Assembly (NCBI RefSeq): GCF_964355755.1
Contig: NC_092677.1
Span: forward strand, 3,866,101 to 3,930,100
From: Antedon mediterranea
Lineage: Eukaryota > Animalia > Echinodermata
Direction of reading: 5' to 3'
Length of the DNA stretch: 64,000 nt
Part shown: piece after piece, positions 1 to 12,900 of the stretch
Numbering within the stretch: the stretch's first letter is position 1
How the letters are laid out: every line of letters starts with the position of its first letter
Notes under the pieces: generated by a model
What the model was told of the DNA's origin: nothing
The model's input: only the letters and a program-made list of their open reading frames with translations
Databases searched by the model: none
Position numbers and translations under genes: made by a program

Positions 1-828
1 CCATCTCTTGTGATTGGCCAATTCACTTAAGTTGCGTTACGTTCTTGTGTTGCGTCTCTAGAAGGAACCATGTATAAAGGGATTTGACCAATCACAAGCG
101 ATATATTTGTTCCACTGTCGCTTGCCATTGGTCAACTTGGTTGCGTTGCATCTACGTTCTAGAGAGAACCAAGCTCCAGATATCTTGACAATTTGTCTTA
201 GCTACGTTTTTATGGTAACTCTTCTTAATATCATTTAAATTATGTTCAATTCCTAAAAATACCTTGTGAATGGGAAGGTTGATAACTTGTTCCACATCAA
301 TATCATTTATAACTCTTTTTCCATAACAGCATTGCTGCGATACGTGTAATGTTAGGGCCTCTTTGGCTTCTGTTTTGTTTATGGGATTGGGTAAACTGGA
401 ATATAAAGCGAGAGATACAGTTAAAAACCAAAACAAGATAAAATTAAAGCAACACCATGATGTAGACCCATGGTTAACTATCATCAATGAATCTTCCTTT
501 TTTACTAAAAAATTAATGTAGAACTAAAAATGTTTTTTTATGGAATTATTATATATTAACAAGTTTGGAATGAGACGTTCCATTTGATGGATTTATGGAT
601 TGAAATCTTGTTGCACGGTACGGTTTTTTTAAATCAGAATTCCTTCATTTTTGAAAGGAGATAAAGAAAATATCATAGGCCCTATAATATTTTAATATTT
701 AAAAATATTTCTATTAACAGAAATGCTATGAAATTAACTATCACAGTATCTATTAAAATTAATATTACTTAATAATAGTAATTTGTTTGATCGTGTGGTC
801 TGTTGTTTTTATAGGCCTATTTTCTCTA

Positions 829-3572
829 CTATTTTATTATACTCGACTTGTTCACCTTTGCAACCGGCCTCGCATTGTAGCGTGTGTCTAACCTTTATAG
901 CCAATATAACCTAATCGATTATTTAAGAGAAAGTCCTACAATGTAAATATAATCAAATCTCCACTTTGGCTATTAGTACGTGGAGTTTAGTACACATGTT
1001 CACATTGATTACTACAACTAGGTGTCCAAAATCAATTTGCTTTTATAAGCATAGAGCAGAGATGCGTTATTATGCTTGTTTAGTATGTATTACAAATCGA
1101 ATTACTCGTTGATGAATTTATCACGGATTTTAAGCTCAGTCTTGTCATCAATTTGTGGAATTAAATGCATGTGGAAATTCTAATCAAACATTTTTTACCG
1201 AAATATTAAACATTACTGCTCGTTGTTAATTTTCCATTTTCTCGTAAATAGCAAGTTGTTCGAAATAAAACTTAGACCTAGTGTTTTAAAGAAAATATTT
1301 AAAATGTAATATTATCGCTTACCTTTGAAACTGTTGGGAGATATTCTTTTGTACGGCCTGATTGGGCTTAGGATGAGGTTTTCCTATACAAGTTAAATTA
1401 GTTAATATGATATAAAGTTGTGTCATGATACGAGATTTATGGAGATCATAACGTATGTCCATTTAGGTTACGGCAATGTTAAAAAGTACCGTATTACATT
1501 CATAGTCAACCATTTCGTTTTAATGTATATTGTGATTCTGTAAAATGAAAACTGTACTTAATTTTGTGATATATAATTAGGCTTAATCTAACCAAGGCAA
1601 TCTAACAACATGATGTTGAGCTCCGGAGATCAAAGGGTTTATCTGTGGCTGCGACACGACCGTTAACAGATACCGCGGAGAATAATGTACATTGTATAGT
1701 ACTGTTGGGTATTTGTCGCAGCCAGACATAAGATCAAAGGACTGTTACGAGTTCCTACCTTGGCAATGTCAGCTCAGTGTCTTGTTGTTAGATTATTAGG
1801 TATTTCTTACCTTGGCGAACTGTGGTTGTTTCATAACCTGGTATAGCTTGTAGCGCCTGCGTCATCTTGTACTGGGGCTCCTTGGCGTTCGGGTTGTCAA
1901 CAACGTCTTGGTCTGGAGAGTCCGGCCACGAATACGCTGCATTCTTGGCATCTCCATCGGGAAGAGACCAAGCTAAGGGAAACCAGGATTATTCAAAATA
2001 TGAAAGTAGTAGGCCTACGGTTCTTTCTTGTTAACATTTTGCATAGAATTAACATACCGTTCCGGTAGTTTAACTATTATAAGCTCTGTCTACACTATCA
2101 AACTCTATGTGACCAAAAAAAGTGATGTGCCCATAATGGACATGGTGATGCCATGTCACTACCATATCTGGGCATATCACTACCATATTTAGGCACATCA
2201 TAAGTTTTATTGTCAAACTAGTTTGACTCCTTATCAACGATAGTAGTACCTCTTGGCATAATTAATATACAGTATGCTTGTTTTGTTGTTTGTTTTTTCA
2301 TGATTGCATAAGTCCACATCGTACAGTACAATAACAAAATAACTTGCATGTTTTAACTAGACACACTGCAGGTTTAGAGCATGTGCTGTAATTGTTTATT
2401 TAAATAAGAATCTACCGCTGTTTTTATTACTGAACTTTAAGTGCAATTAGTCTATCTTAATCCAACATGACGTGTTCACACGACATCATGATAGCGTTAT
2501 AGACTTACCTACAGTTGCAGTGTTTGGTGATTTGTATGTTGTTATTGTGTCGTGTGACACGCCAGGATATACTCCTGCTGTAGTATTACTATTAGCTCTT
2601 GTTTCAACATCGGGCATGGGTGTGTACTTTGGTGTGGCTAAAAATAGAAAACAAAACATTAGTGAGAAATCAAGAAATCGATTCAGTTAGGAGCCATTTT
2701 TTGTATCGATTTGAAACTAGAAATACAATCTATTTAGATTATAACTATGTTTGTTTTTTCTTCTTTCTGGTTGCTCTCTCCCTTCCCCGGCCTCCCATCC
2801 CGTCTCCCACCCCCCCCCCCCCCTCCCCCCTCTCTCTCTCTCTTCTTCACTTTAAAACCAATGTTTAAGATACGATTCATTGGCCAATCACAAAAGGAAA
2901 CGGCTTCCAAAATTTGAAAATTAAACAATACTGCATTTAACTTCATTCTTTAAAAAAAAAAAGTATGATAGCAACAAGATACAGCACCGTGCTTGATGTA
3001 TTAGATCTAATGTTTTATGTCGTACATTTTCGAAATGTTCTGATTCTGTTAAAATATATTTGTTCCAAGTCTTACTGTATGCGTTTCTATTGTAGTCTTT
3101 GGTTCAATTATACTAAGCGAACATTTCATTCTTTAAAAGTTTGTTACAATAATTATTTGCGTATGTTGCTGGATTTGAGTAAATTATGTAGTGCTTCTGA
3201 AATGTTTGTTAATTTTGATGTTTCTAGTTTGGTGAATTTATGTGTAAGTCTAGTTATAGTGTTTTGTTACGTATTACTTTATCTAATAATTTGATTGTGA
3301 AAACTGTGTGTGATACACTGCTTTTTAATTCCCAAATTTTTTTACATTATTTTTTTTTTCTATTATATATTTTTGATATTCCATGTTATTTTTCCATGAA
3401 TTTGCGAAATAAAAGTTTACATAGTGTCTACCAACAAATAGTATCATTTTCATCATCCTGAACCAATTTAATTTAAAACGCCTACGAGCAAGTTATATAG
3501 GTAGATTTAGTAGGCCTACTAGTCTATATACTTACGTGCTTGGCCCACTACGTATCCCGCTGTATCACCCAT
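829..3572 (-). CDS. Uncharacterised ~150-aa P/T/Q-rich soluble protein (5 coding exons)
   Basis: Phase-consistent GT-AG exons read manually: 3572-3536 (MGDTAGYVVGQA), 2637-2509 (PTPKYTPMPDVETRA...), 1972-1811 (AWSLPDGDAKNAAYSWPDSP...), 1383-1323 (GKPHPKPNQAVQKNISQQFQ), 892-829 (RLDTRYNARPVAKVNKSSIIK*). Four donors are GTAAG. The last exon is least certain. No family recognised. Confidence 0.7.
2082..2226. mobile_element. Harbinger/Tourist-type MITE family A (truncated copy)
   Basis: TIR AGCTCTGTCTACACTATCAAACT and internal ATATCACTACCATATTTGGG units, as in the other copies. Confidence 0.75.
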
Positions 3573-4882
3573 CGTAACGTCGCTTCTCTTTGCACATAGA
3601 CCTATAACGTATTATTTTGATTATTATATTTTACTTTTAAATGTCAACCCTTCCACGATATCAAATAATACCTAAACATTTATTCAGCACAGAACGAGGA
3701 TATTAGACATAATATGTTCGAAGTCCATCTTGTATTATCCCCCAAACGTCACCGTCTTATCACTTATCGTGAACGATTGTACTTATATCAATTTATAGTA
3801 CTGTGATTGGCTAAATTTCATATGATAGTCGCCCCCTGATAGAATATTTTCGTTTCTTAGATACCACGTGTGGATGTATTTTTGTTATGTTTATCATTAC
3901 CATAGGAACGGTAAATATGTACTTTAGTTCATAAGTGACACGTTCTATTGACAGATATACCCCCTATTGGCAGGTTTTGGAGAATGCTACCAGGCAGCAT
4001 ACGTCACTGGTTTATTCTAGGGCCTATATCATTTTACCGAGACACCCCGGAAACGATTTCAATTTTTCTTATTCAATTTTTTTTTTTAATGTTATGTCAT
4101 GTACACAGTTGTAGGCCTCATGTTTTAGGCCGACACAATTTGATTTTTTAATTTCATTGAGATAAGAAGGCGGCCCATTTTACAAATATGATAAATAACA
4201 ATCTACTATAGCGATAGTACACTTTTGTTTTCCATGAATAGCATGACTTCATTATGTGTACTAATGCCAGATCAATTTACATACACAGTTCTGTACCTTG
4301 GGAATTATAACATAACGCACAATAGTATTTGCAATTGCTATGGTATAGGTTCTTTAGAAATCCCAATCTTCCTTACAAAGGGACTTATTATATTTGTTGA
4401 TATTTTTCTTTAGGCCTTCTGATATGTTCGATATTAGTTCATTAATGTTACCATGATGTGACAGTCACCGTACTTTTCAATTATAATGCAAAAAAACAAC
4501 AAAAAACTCGGTACATTTTTAGTTATGAGTTTAATATTTCTTCTATCTGTTAACATACCATATACTTCCTAATATATCTTTAACACACGAATACCTGCAT
4601 TGGTTTAAATATGAAATTATATTAACAACGACATTACCAAATTAAATTCAAGTAAGAATGAAAACAAACCAGGATATTTAATACACAAATGACAATGAAT
4701 AATTATTAATTTAGTATATACAGGTCTAAAAATGGAACATGCTTTTATAGTCTTCATATTATAGATCTGACTCGTAATGTAGTTCTCAGGCGTAACGTAT
4801 CGTCACGTTATATGTAGGTAGGCCTACTTCAGAGAGAAGGCCTATCACCAGTATCGTAGTTCCCTTTTAATGCGCATGCGCA

Positions 4883-7739
4883 TCATTGTTTCATCTGTTC
4901 CAGTAGTAGAGAATCTAAAGAGATAATTTGATTAAACGAACAAAATTTATTTAAAAAAATAATAGATAAATGTTCAATACAGGAGTTCCCAATATTAACC
5001 AATCACAAGCGACAGTTCGGATGATCCAACGCGTCGTGATTGGTCAACTCCCTTGCGCTGCGCTGACGTACTAGTGTGAACCAAACTGTAACCACCGCCC
5101 CTATTATCCTCCAAAATAACTTACCTAGAACAGCATATGCGTCTTTAAATCCAGAACGTATCTTCTTCTTTATAATACTTTTTATTACTTTGTTTACTTT
5201 ATGGAACTTTATTTCAGCGTGCACACTAAAAGATAAAATTAATAAGTTTATAGAAAATAATTACAGAGGGCGTGCTCTTTAGCAATTCGGCCCTGTTAAA
5301 GATACAGATAACTCGAGATTTTAATAAGATTTTGCAACGTCACCAACACATCGATTTTCCTGAAAATCAATATATCTGTTAGTATAATACATATGTTAAA
5401 CAAATTCAGGAGGGTAACTTGAAATAGTTGATGCTATCTTATAATACAAACATACAAAGCAAGTACTAATATTTGGCCAAATAAGAAAGATAAATACCTT
5501 ATGTTACATTTACTATTGTTTACGTCGGTTATTGTCCATCTTTCCAATATATGAAAATTATCTGCGTACAGTACTCCCTTATTACGAACTTCATTTTCAA
5601 CAATGTTGCAGTTGCTGCTATCCTTTCTAGGGTCACGTGTCTAAAATAACCGAAATAGTACAAATGTTAACATTCATTTAAGTAAAGTAGCCGGAGTGGT
5701 GTTTAGCCTGTGAAAATTAGACAAGCGGTTTTCTAAACTTTTCTACTGCTGGTAGTGGATTTTTATAACTTCAATTACTCTGTGAGCGCCCTTCCTGCTC
5801 CTTTACTAATAATAAATATCCACACGTACGCGCGCGCACTAATTCGTTTACCTGTAGTTCTGTAACATGGGAAGCCTTCTTTTCTTTCTTTTTGATATGA
5901 TAACGATAGCTAACAATTCTCTTTTCTTTTCCGTCCTCAGTTTTCCATTTTTCAACAGATATATCTATAAATTATTATTAATATTAATTTATAAGCAAAA
6001 AATTCTGAGTATTGTTCATTGCTATCATTCTCAACTTATTTGTGTACATCAACTCCACCATCGTCTTCTTCATTATCATCATCATCCTCTTCGTCACCTC
6101 CTCCTTAAACTCTCCCTAGACAATCAAACTTTATTTGACATAGAAATGTGATGTGCCCATAGATGGACACGATGACGTCATATCACTACTATATTTGGGC
6201 ACATCACATTTTGTTTGTAGTGTTGATAGAGCTTTAATCTTTTTTATTATTGTCATTATCATCATCCTCTTCGTCACCTCCTTCTTAAGCGCTCTCTCTC
6301 TAGACAATCAAACTTTATTTGACACAAAAATGTGATGTGCCTATAGATGGACACGATGACGTCCTATCACTACCATATTTGGGCACATCACATTTTGTTT
6401 GTAGTGTAGATAGAGCTTTAATCATTTTTCTTATTGTCATTATCATCATCATCCTCTTCGTCACCTTATTCTCCATCTTTTTTAAAAGTATTATTCTCTG
6501 TATTTTTATCCTCGTCTTCTCATCAATTTCCAAAGTTGTCATATGAACACACTTTTCTTTTAATTTTACTTTTGTAATTTTAACCTTCCTTGGTTATAGG
6601 CCTACGTCATTGTCATACGTCATTGTCGTTCACTTTACGTCATTTTTGTCCACCTTATGTCCGTTTCTGTATATGTAATGCTTGATCGTTGTTGTATTCC
6701 AACTATTAGCAGACTTTCTGCTAATCTGCAAAGGCAGGCTTTATTTACCTGATGATTTTCGCCCTTTTACATAATCCAGATAGAATGCTGAATCATCTCC
6801 GAAAATCAATTGATAAAGAGTATCACGTGACATGTCATAATTCTTGTTAAGGTATTCTTTGAATCCAACTTCATCTAAAAATCAAATGTTTTAAATTAGT
6901 ATTATGGAAAATGTCAATATCCCAGCAGATATCGTTTGGGATATCCTAGTCAAAATGTTTACGTTAATTGTCTAACAGTTCTTTTAAAAACTAGTATATA
7001 TTTGAATCTTTGATATCATGTTTTCTTCTTTTAATGAAAGGTTTATAACTCTCATTTCTAGCTTATAATCTTGATCTTCTAAATGTTCTTGCATTATATT
7101 GTAATATAGGTATTGTTTTCGACCAAATAAATTAATCAATTTCCTATTCACGGAAAAAAAGTAGGGAGTTCCCAATCGCTTTGATCGATTTCATCCGATT
7201 GGCAGATTTTGTTGTTATGTCGGCCTATGTTGTATGGACCTTGTACCATTTATGTCCACACTCTTGATATACTTTCTTGTCATTGACATACATTACTTCG
7301 TGTTGGTATAGATAACATGTTTTTTATTTTCTGGTCGATTAGTTAGTCGAGTGTTTACTCATTGTAGAGTAGGCCTAGGCCCTATACTGTATTTTCGACG
7401 TTCCTTCGGAATGTTGAAGCCGCATTTTAATGCACACTTTAGTGTGGGTGCCTCCTTTACCATTATAATAAACTTAGTCATATGCTAATAAGCAAACGTT
7501 ACACCTGTATACGAAATTTAATTTGAATGACACCTTAAGAAAGTAGTTCCAGGCCTATATAAGTGCTATTCCTAGTTTGTAACCGATGGACTGTAGAGCC
7601 TTTCGACCAACAAGCTACAAATACAAATATGCCTAAAGCTACAAATGGTTACAATTCAAATACCTGGTTCAGGGGCCGCTTCGCTGCCGTCTTCTATATC
7701 AACTGCTTCGTCGAAATCTATATCTTCAAAGTCACTCAT
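4883..7739 (-). CDS. Stand-alone VASt (Aster/Lam, StART-like) lipid-transfer domain protein, 196 aa, GRAMD1-like domain only
   Basis: Exons 7739-7664, 6874-6749, 5964-5852, 5640-5498, 5225-5125, 4914-4883 are GT-AG, phase-consistent and total 591 nt. Protein: MSDFEDIDFDEAVD...YLNKNYDMSRDTLYQLIFGDDSAFYLDY...DISVEKW...KRIVSYRY...SHVTELQ...IVENEVRNKGVLYADNFHILERWTI...KCNISVHAEIKF...KSIIKKKIRSGFKDAYAVLDSLLLEQMKQ*. Motif order matches the VASt domain of GRAMD1/Aster as I recall it (LF.D.S.F, PW, R...Y, GIPY.D.F...RY, V...I.Y, IE....G). In-frame TAA upstream of the ATG in the same exon. Confidence 0.8.
6069..6470. repeat. Tandem duplication of a family A MITE together with its flank
   Basis: Two MITE copies (~6109-6233, ~6291-6417), with the flank CATTATCATCATC(ATC)CTCTTCGTCACC present three times. 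Confidence 0.75.
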
Positions 7740-8749
7740 AATGCCTTCCAAGTCTCGCCCTACTACTGTATTCGATTCAGGACCGGCTTAGTAGTAGGCT
7801 TACTATCGTATCGTCTGGAATAAAACACGTCACAACTCCTATCGCCAAGTATGTATACTTTATGCTTTCAGAAAATTTTGTACTGATACTGTTATCTGTG
7901 ATTACTACACGGGGGAAATCAATGTGTGTTATATATACCTGTTGGTATTCTAGTATAATCGTACTAAAATCGATAGGCACGTCTAACCCGGATTGCTGTC
8001 AATGATTAACGTATAGATTGTGACTTCACACTCACCTGTTTAGGAACCGAATAGGCATATTATACATTGTAAGACCATTTATCCATGGTAATATTAAGTT
8101 TAAATCGAATTCAATGAAATACTGTAATAGTTGTTGTAATAAGGATTCACTTTGATTTTAATGAATGGACGAGTGAAGTCGACTATAAGCTGTCAAACGC
8201 AGACGGTTTTATGCTTTTGTATTGTCCGGTATTGAAAAGAAATTAGCTTTTGAGATTTTAGAGATTAGGCCTACTATGTTATTAACCCTTTATATAACTG
8301 GATTTTAAATGTCACCAGGACTGTTTCATATGGCAATGTACTGCAACAGTTTGTAGGCCTACTGGAGGGCCGGAGTGGGTAGTTAGGCCTACTGGTGCGA
8401 ACAAAATAAAAAGTAATTGGCCTACTTTTTTTATATTTATCTAGAAAAGTATCATCTCAATTCTACAGTAGGACAATTTCAGATTGTATGTAGGGCCATA
8501 GGCAAACCAGACGCACACACTATGGTACGATCTATCGATTAAGCGAGGTCCAATGAGAACATGTTCAAAATCCAATTCCCCACTAGGTCAAAATATTTAA
8601 AAAAAAATCAACTTCATTTTATTGTTAAAAAGATTATGTATTAACTTTCCGACAGCTGTCGAAAGTTGTATTCCAGAGCGGTAAGAATGTTTGGTATTTG
8701 TCATTCGATGGATGGAGATCATAGCCCTGTCATATTGCCTAGTCAAAAC

Positions 8750-8960
8750 TCCGGAGTGGCACCGGCGATTTGTGTGCGTTGTGTGTAAACACCGGCGATT
8801 TGTGTGCGTTGTGTGTAAACACCGGCGATTTGTGTGCGTTGTGTGTAAACTCCGGAGTCAACACCGGCTATATGTTTGTGGTGTGTGTACTCCGGAGTCA
8901 ACACCGGTGATCTGTGCCAAACTGTGTTGTAGGTGTGTATTACTTCAACACTGGCGATCT
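8750..8960. repeat. 30-bp minisatellite (ACACCGGCGATTTGTGTGCGTTGTGTGTAA x3 plus degenerate units)
   Basis: Direct tandem repeats seen in sequence, with no spacers. Confidence 0.85.
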
Positions 8961-9744
8961 GTATCACACTGTGTTGTAGGATGTTCGAACAAGTCCACTC
9001 TTGCGGTTCAACATTCAATTGTAATTGAATTGTTTAAATTGTAATACTTTGATAACGTCACCAGAATGTGTAATGACGTCAAAAGAGTTTTTACCAAATT
9101 CCGCATACTGTATATTGCAAAATATAACAAATAAATAGTACTCAAAATAAATGTTTAAAATTCATTTATTATCAGTTAAAATTGAAAACAGAAAAATATA
9201 ACATATTTTAAAATTAATGCCATGGGCTCAACTCAGTCACAATGAACGCCAAGTATAAATGTTTGGTAACAATATTGCTATACGTACCACACCACATAAT
9301 AAATAATATCAGTGATATGATATATTTTTACAATTTGGTTATATTATAATTATTACTGCAATGCAAACCGAATGCGATTCACGAAAACCAACCAAATCTT
9401 AAATTACGGAGTAGTTATTTCTTCATGGTGAAACACAGCAATATTGAGGGTAAAATACAGTCAGGACAAATACACGCGAGTATCGCTCGCATTAAGGTAA
9501 CGGATTACGTCATTATGCAAATCTCCCTAGAATTAAAATCTGGTTGTGGTTATCATTATTAATAGCACCTTCTATTTCGTGTATAGAGACCTATCCTATT
9601 AAACTTTGTGTGACAAAAAAATGTGATGTGCCCATATATTGACACTATGATGTCATCGCTACCATAATTGATAGCATAGACAAATAAGGTAATTCTTATC
9701 CACATAAAAAATAATAATCGCAAATGACCAACTCGATGTACACA

Positions 9745-9892
9745 ACTTGCTTGTGTGCACTTTAAAGAACCTAGTACATCTTTCAAGACGAGTAGGGGGT
9801 TAATACCCCGGTGTATTAGTACATCACTGCCACTGATCACCAACTGGGCCCTCTGGGAGATCAGTATTTGACTGAAGAGGTCATCCAGTATA
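9745..9892 (+). mobile_element. 3' fragment of the tRNA-derived SINE seen at 49665-49954
   Basis: GTGTGCACTTTAAAGAACCTAGTACATCTTTC...CACTGATCACCAACTGGGCCCTCTGGGAGA closely matches the reverse complement of 49670-49800. Confidence 0.7.
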
Positions 9893-9987
9893 AAAATGAA
9901 CTAACTCTTCAATACTGTTCTTATCCAGTACTGTTGATACTGTCATGGTAATATTATTCTAAGATCTTCCTTTATAACATTTATTAG

Positions 9988-12900
9988 TTATTTTTGCTTT
10001 GATGTAGCGACAACACTTCTCTTCATAATTCTATTGGCTAATGTACTCACCACGGAGAATATATGTACGGGATAGGGACTGAAAAAAAAAAAATTGAATC
10101 GGTTTATTAAATAAAACCCATTGTAGCAGCTTCTGCTTTTCGGAACATAAATAGTATACTGAAGATATATATTTTAAAATAGCAAAATTATTTCGGAGTT
10201 TAACATTATTTCAACATTTTTATTTGGTAAACAAAGCTCTATGCCACCCGATTGTCTGTACTGTATTTCCACATATGTCATTATATGTCCAGCATCATAG
10301 GAAAATTACTGTATGTAATACAGCGTCAAGAGGTTAAAGTTAAGTTTAGGTTTATGGCTCGAGTTTTTTTCTTTGTTTTAACGCTTTATGAATTTATATT
10401 GTATAACGCATTATAGAAATACACACACTTACCATGTGTTCTTTGGTATATGAGCTTCGTTGCCACTGATGATGAACAAAGGAAATAAGATGGAGAACAA
10501 ACAACCACTCACAAAAAAAGATGACGGTAACGAAGTAATAAGAGCGAGTGGCAGACCGAACCCTACAAAATACGGCCAATTGGATTCTATAAACGACAGA
10601 CGCTTGTGAACTTCCCAGCCTGTAAAAGAGATAGTAATCTGAACATTTTTGCAGAGCTCTTTACCAAATAAGGCCTCACAGCGAGGAAAAAAAAGAATAA
10701 GAATCATAAAGGTGACGTACACGATGAAGAAAGTTTCAGCGGAGAAGTGGAACTTTCCAAGTTTATTTTCAGAACTTTAATGGTGAATTCTACCAAGATA
10801 GCATGGCTTTTAGCCACAATAAACAAATAGTGTTTTCCATAAACTTTTTTTTTACTTTTATATCTTTTTGATTTATTCTTATTTTTTTTAAATTCCAGTT
10901 CCAATTGTTCAGATTTATAAAAGAAGGCATACAATACATTTTGTTGGAATCAAACACGCCCACAAAACAATGTCATCATCATCGTTTTGATATTTCAGGG
11001 TTGTTGACAAAAAGTTAAATTGTTGCATATTCAAAGGTCAGAGTTCACACCGCATTAATATTCATGAGTCTCACCTTGATTAAACCAGGTGTATTCAAAG
11101 GCATACAGAGAATTAAGAATACACAGATGTAGCAACTTAAGAAACTGACCAACACCAGATAGCGGAATCAGGCTCACCAGCAAACTCTGAAAAAGAAATC
11201 GTCAAAATCGGTCAGGTAATTGGTAAGTTAGTGAATGAACGCACACTTATAACTATCCTTGGAAATATGCTAAACTGAGAATAATAATACTATTAAAAAA
11301 AATCTTCCCTTATCTATTTATAAGTTGTTATGATAAAGACTAACTAGGTCACTAGACTAGGTCACTAGACTAGGTCACTAGACTAGGTCACTAGACTAGG
11401 TCACTAGACTAGGTCACTAGACTAGGTCACTAGACTAGGTCAGTACAACTGCAGTTCTTTTATTCAACACTTATTTTGTACAAAAACTCTTTAATTTGTA
11501 CCTGCATCAAAAACAAGGTTTGAATGAGTATACTAATCATAATATCTGCAACCAGACGACTAAGGCTTGGTAGACGAGGGCGCCCTTTTGATTTCTTATA
11601 TGCTGCATCCGCTATATCCTATGAAAAAAAAATATATATATATATAAATTTGGAATTTCTGCATACTGGTCAAATGCTGAATTCTATCCCGGTCAACTCA
11701 GTCTTATATTGTCAATTCTGTTCAAATTAAAGCCCCCTTCCCTATGTTTTTTAGATCTAATTTAAGATCACAAACTATATTTAATGTAAAAATAATACTA
11801 TATGGTCCTATTGCGATAACTTTTTTTCGTCTTTAAACGGTTAAAAATGTGAAAAATAAGTTGATTCTTTCTAATAATTATAGCGGCCCGCTATAAATCC
11901 CAGAATGCATTGCGCGCGGATTGATATTTTTGTTTTTCACCTGTAATTCGCCCACTTTTCGATCGATCGTGAGGCCAAAACAAATGGAAGACTCCTAACT
12001 TTTCAGCGAAAATACCGGGTTTTCCCCAATTTGTATCAACGGAGTCTGGCAAAAATAGAAAGACAATTAATGCAGCAACTATACAACGTCAGGCTAGGTA
12101 TATAGCTAGCGTACGATGTTCGTAGCCAGCTAGGCCTACAAAACTAAGCCTAGCTAGGCTATGCCCAAGACCGTCCACGAGAGGTCGATCGCCGCGAGCT
12201 ACTTAGGTAGTGCATTGTTTCTCACTTTTTATCATAATTTACCATAAAACGTACATTTAAGACAAGGAATGACATGGTATAATGTTTTTAAAGTGATATA
12301 TATGTATTATTTTCAAAAAAACGTCCAAAATTGCAGGGAAGGGGTCTTTAACTTAGTGTGACAGTTTTTGTCACAAAGTGCAATGACTGGGCTGGTTTTA
12401 AACTGGCTCTGTCTACACTATCACACTATATAAAAAAGTGTGCCCAATATGGTAGTGATATTCCCAAGTATGGTAGTGATATGACATCATCATCATCATC
12501 ATGTCATGTGTTGGTGTTATAGATTAAGTTATAGCATATCGACATTTACTGGCACATCACACTTTTTTTCAAACTAGTTTGATAGTGTAGACAGAGCTTC
12601 AGTCTTTACCTGAAACCAGAAGCTACTGACAATCTTGCTGAGAAGAAATACTGGTATTACCCACAATGCACTGAATGTATATGAGAGGGCAGGCTTCATC
12701 CATGACCAGACAATATTCTGTGAAGAACTGTCACCTGAATGAAGAAAATTGCTAATATTAAACAGCTTTATTCTGAATAATTTAAATATAGATGGATAAT
12801 TTTTTTTATAGCAAACGCAAATAACTTCAATGGCAGGGGAAACCTGATTTTTTATTTTTTGCATTGTAAGAGCGTGTTTGACGTTGGACTACTGATCGTG

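Noticed and set aside
152-487. 111-aa minus-strand ORF with a hydrophobic N-terminus
   Set aside because: Ends in a family B MITE, AT-rich, no recognisable motif; cannot be supported as a gene.
8691-9044. Cys-rich ORF (CVVCKHRRF repeats) resembling a zinc-binding protein
   Set aside because: It is the translation of a 30-bp tandem repeat, with no supporting splice or start context.
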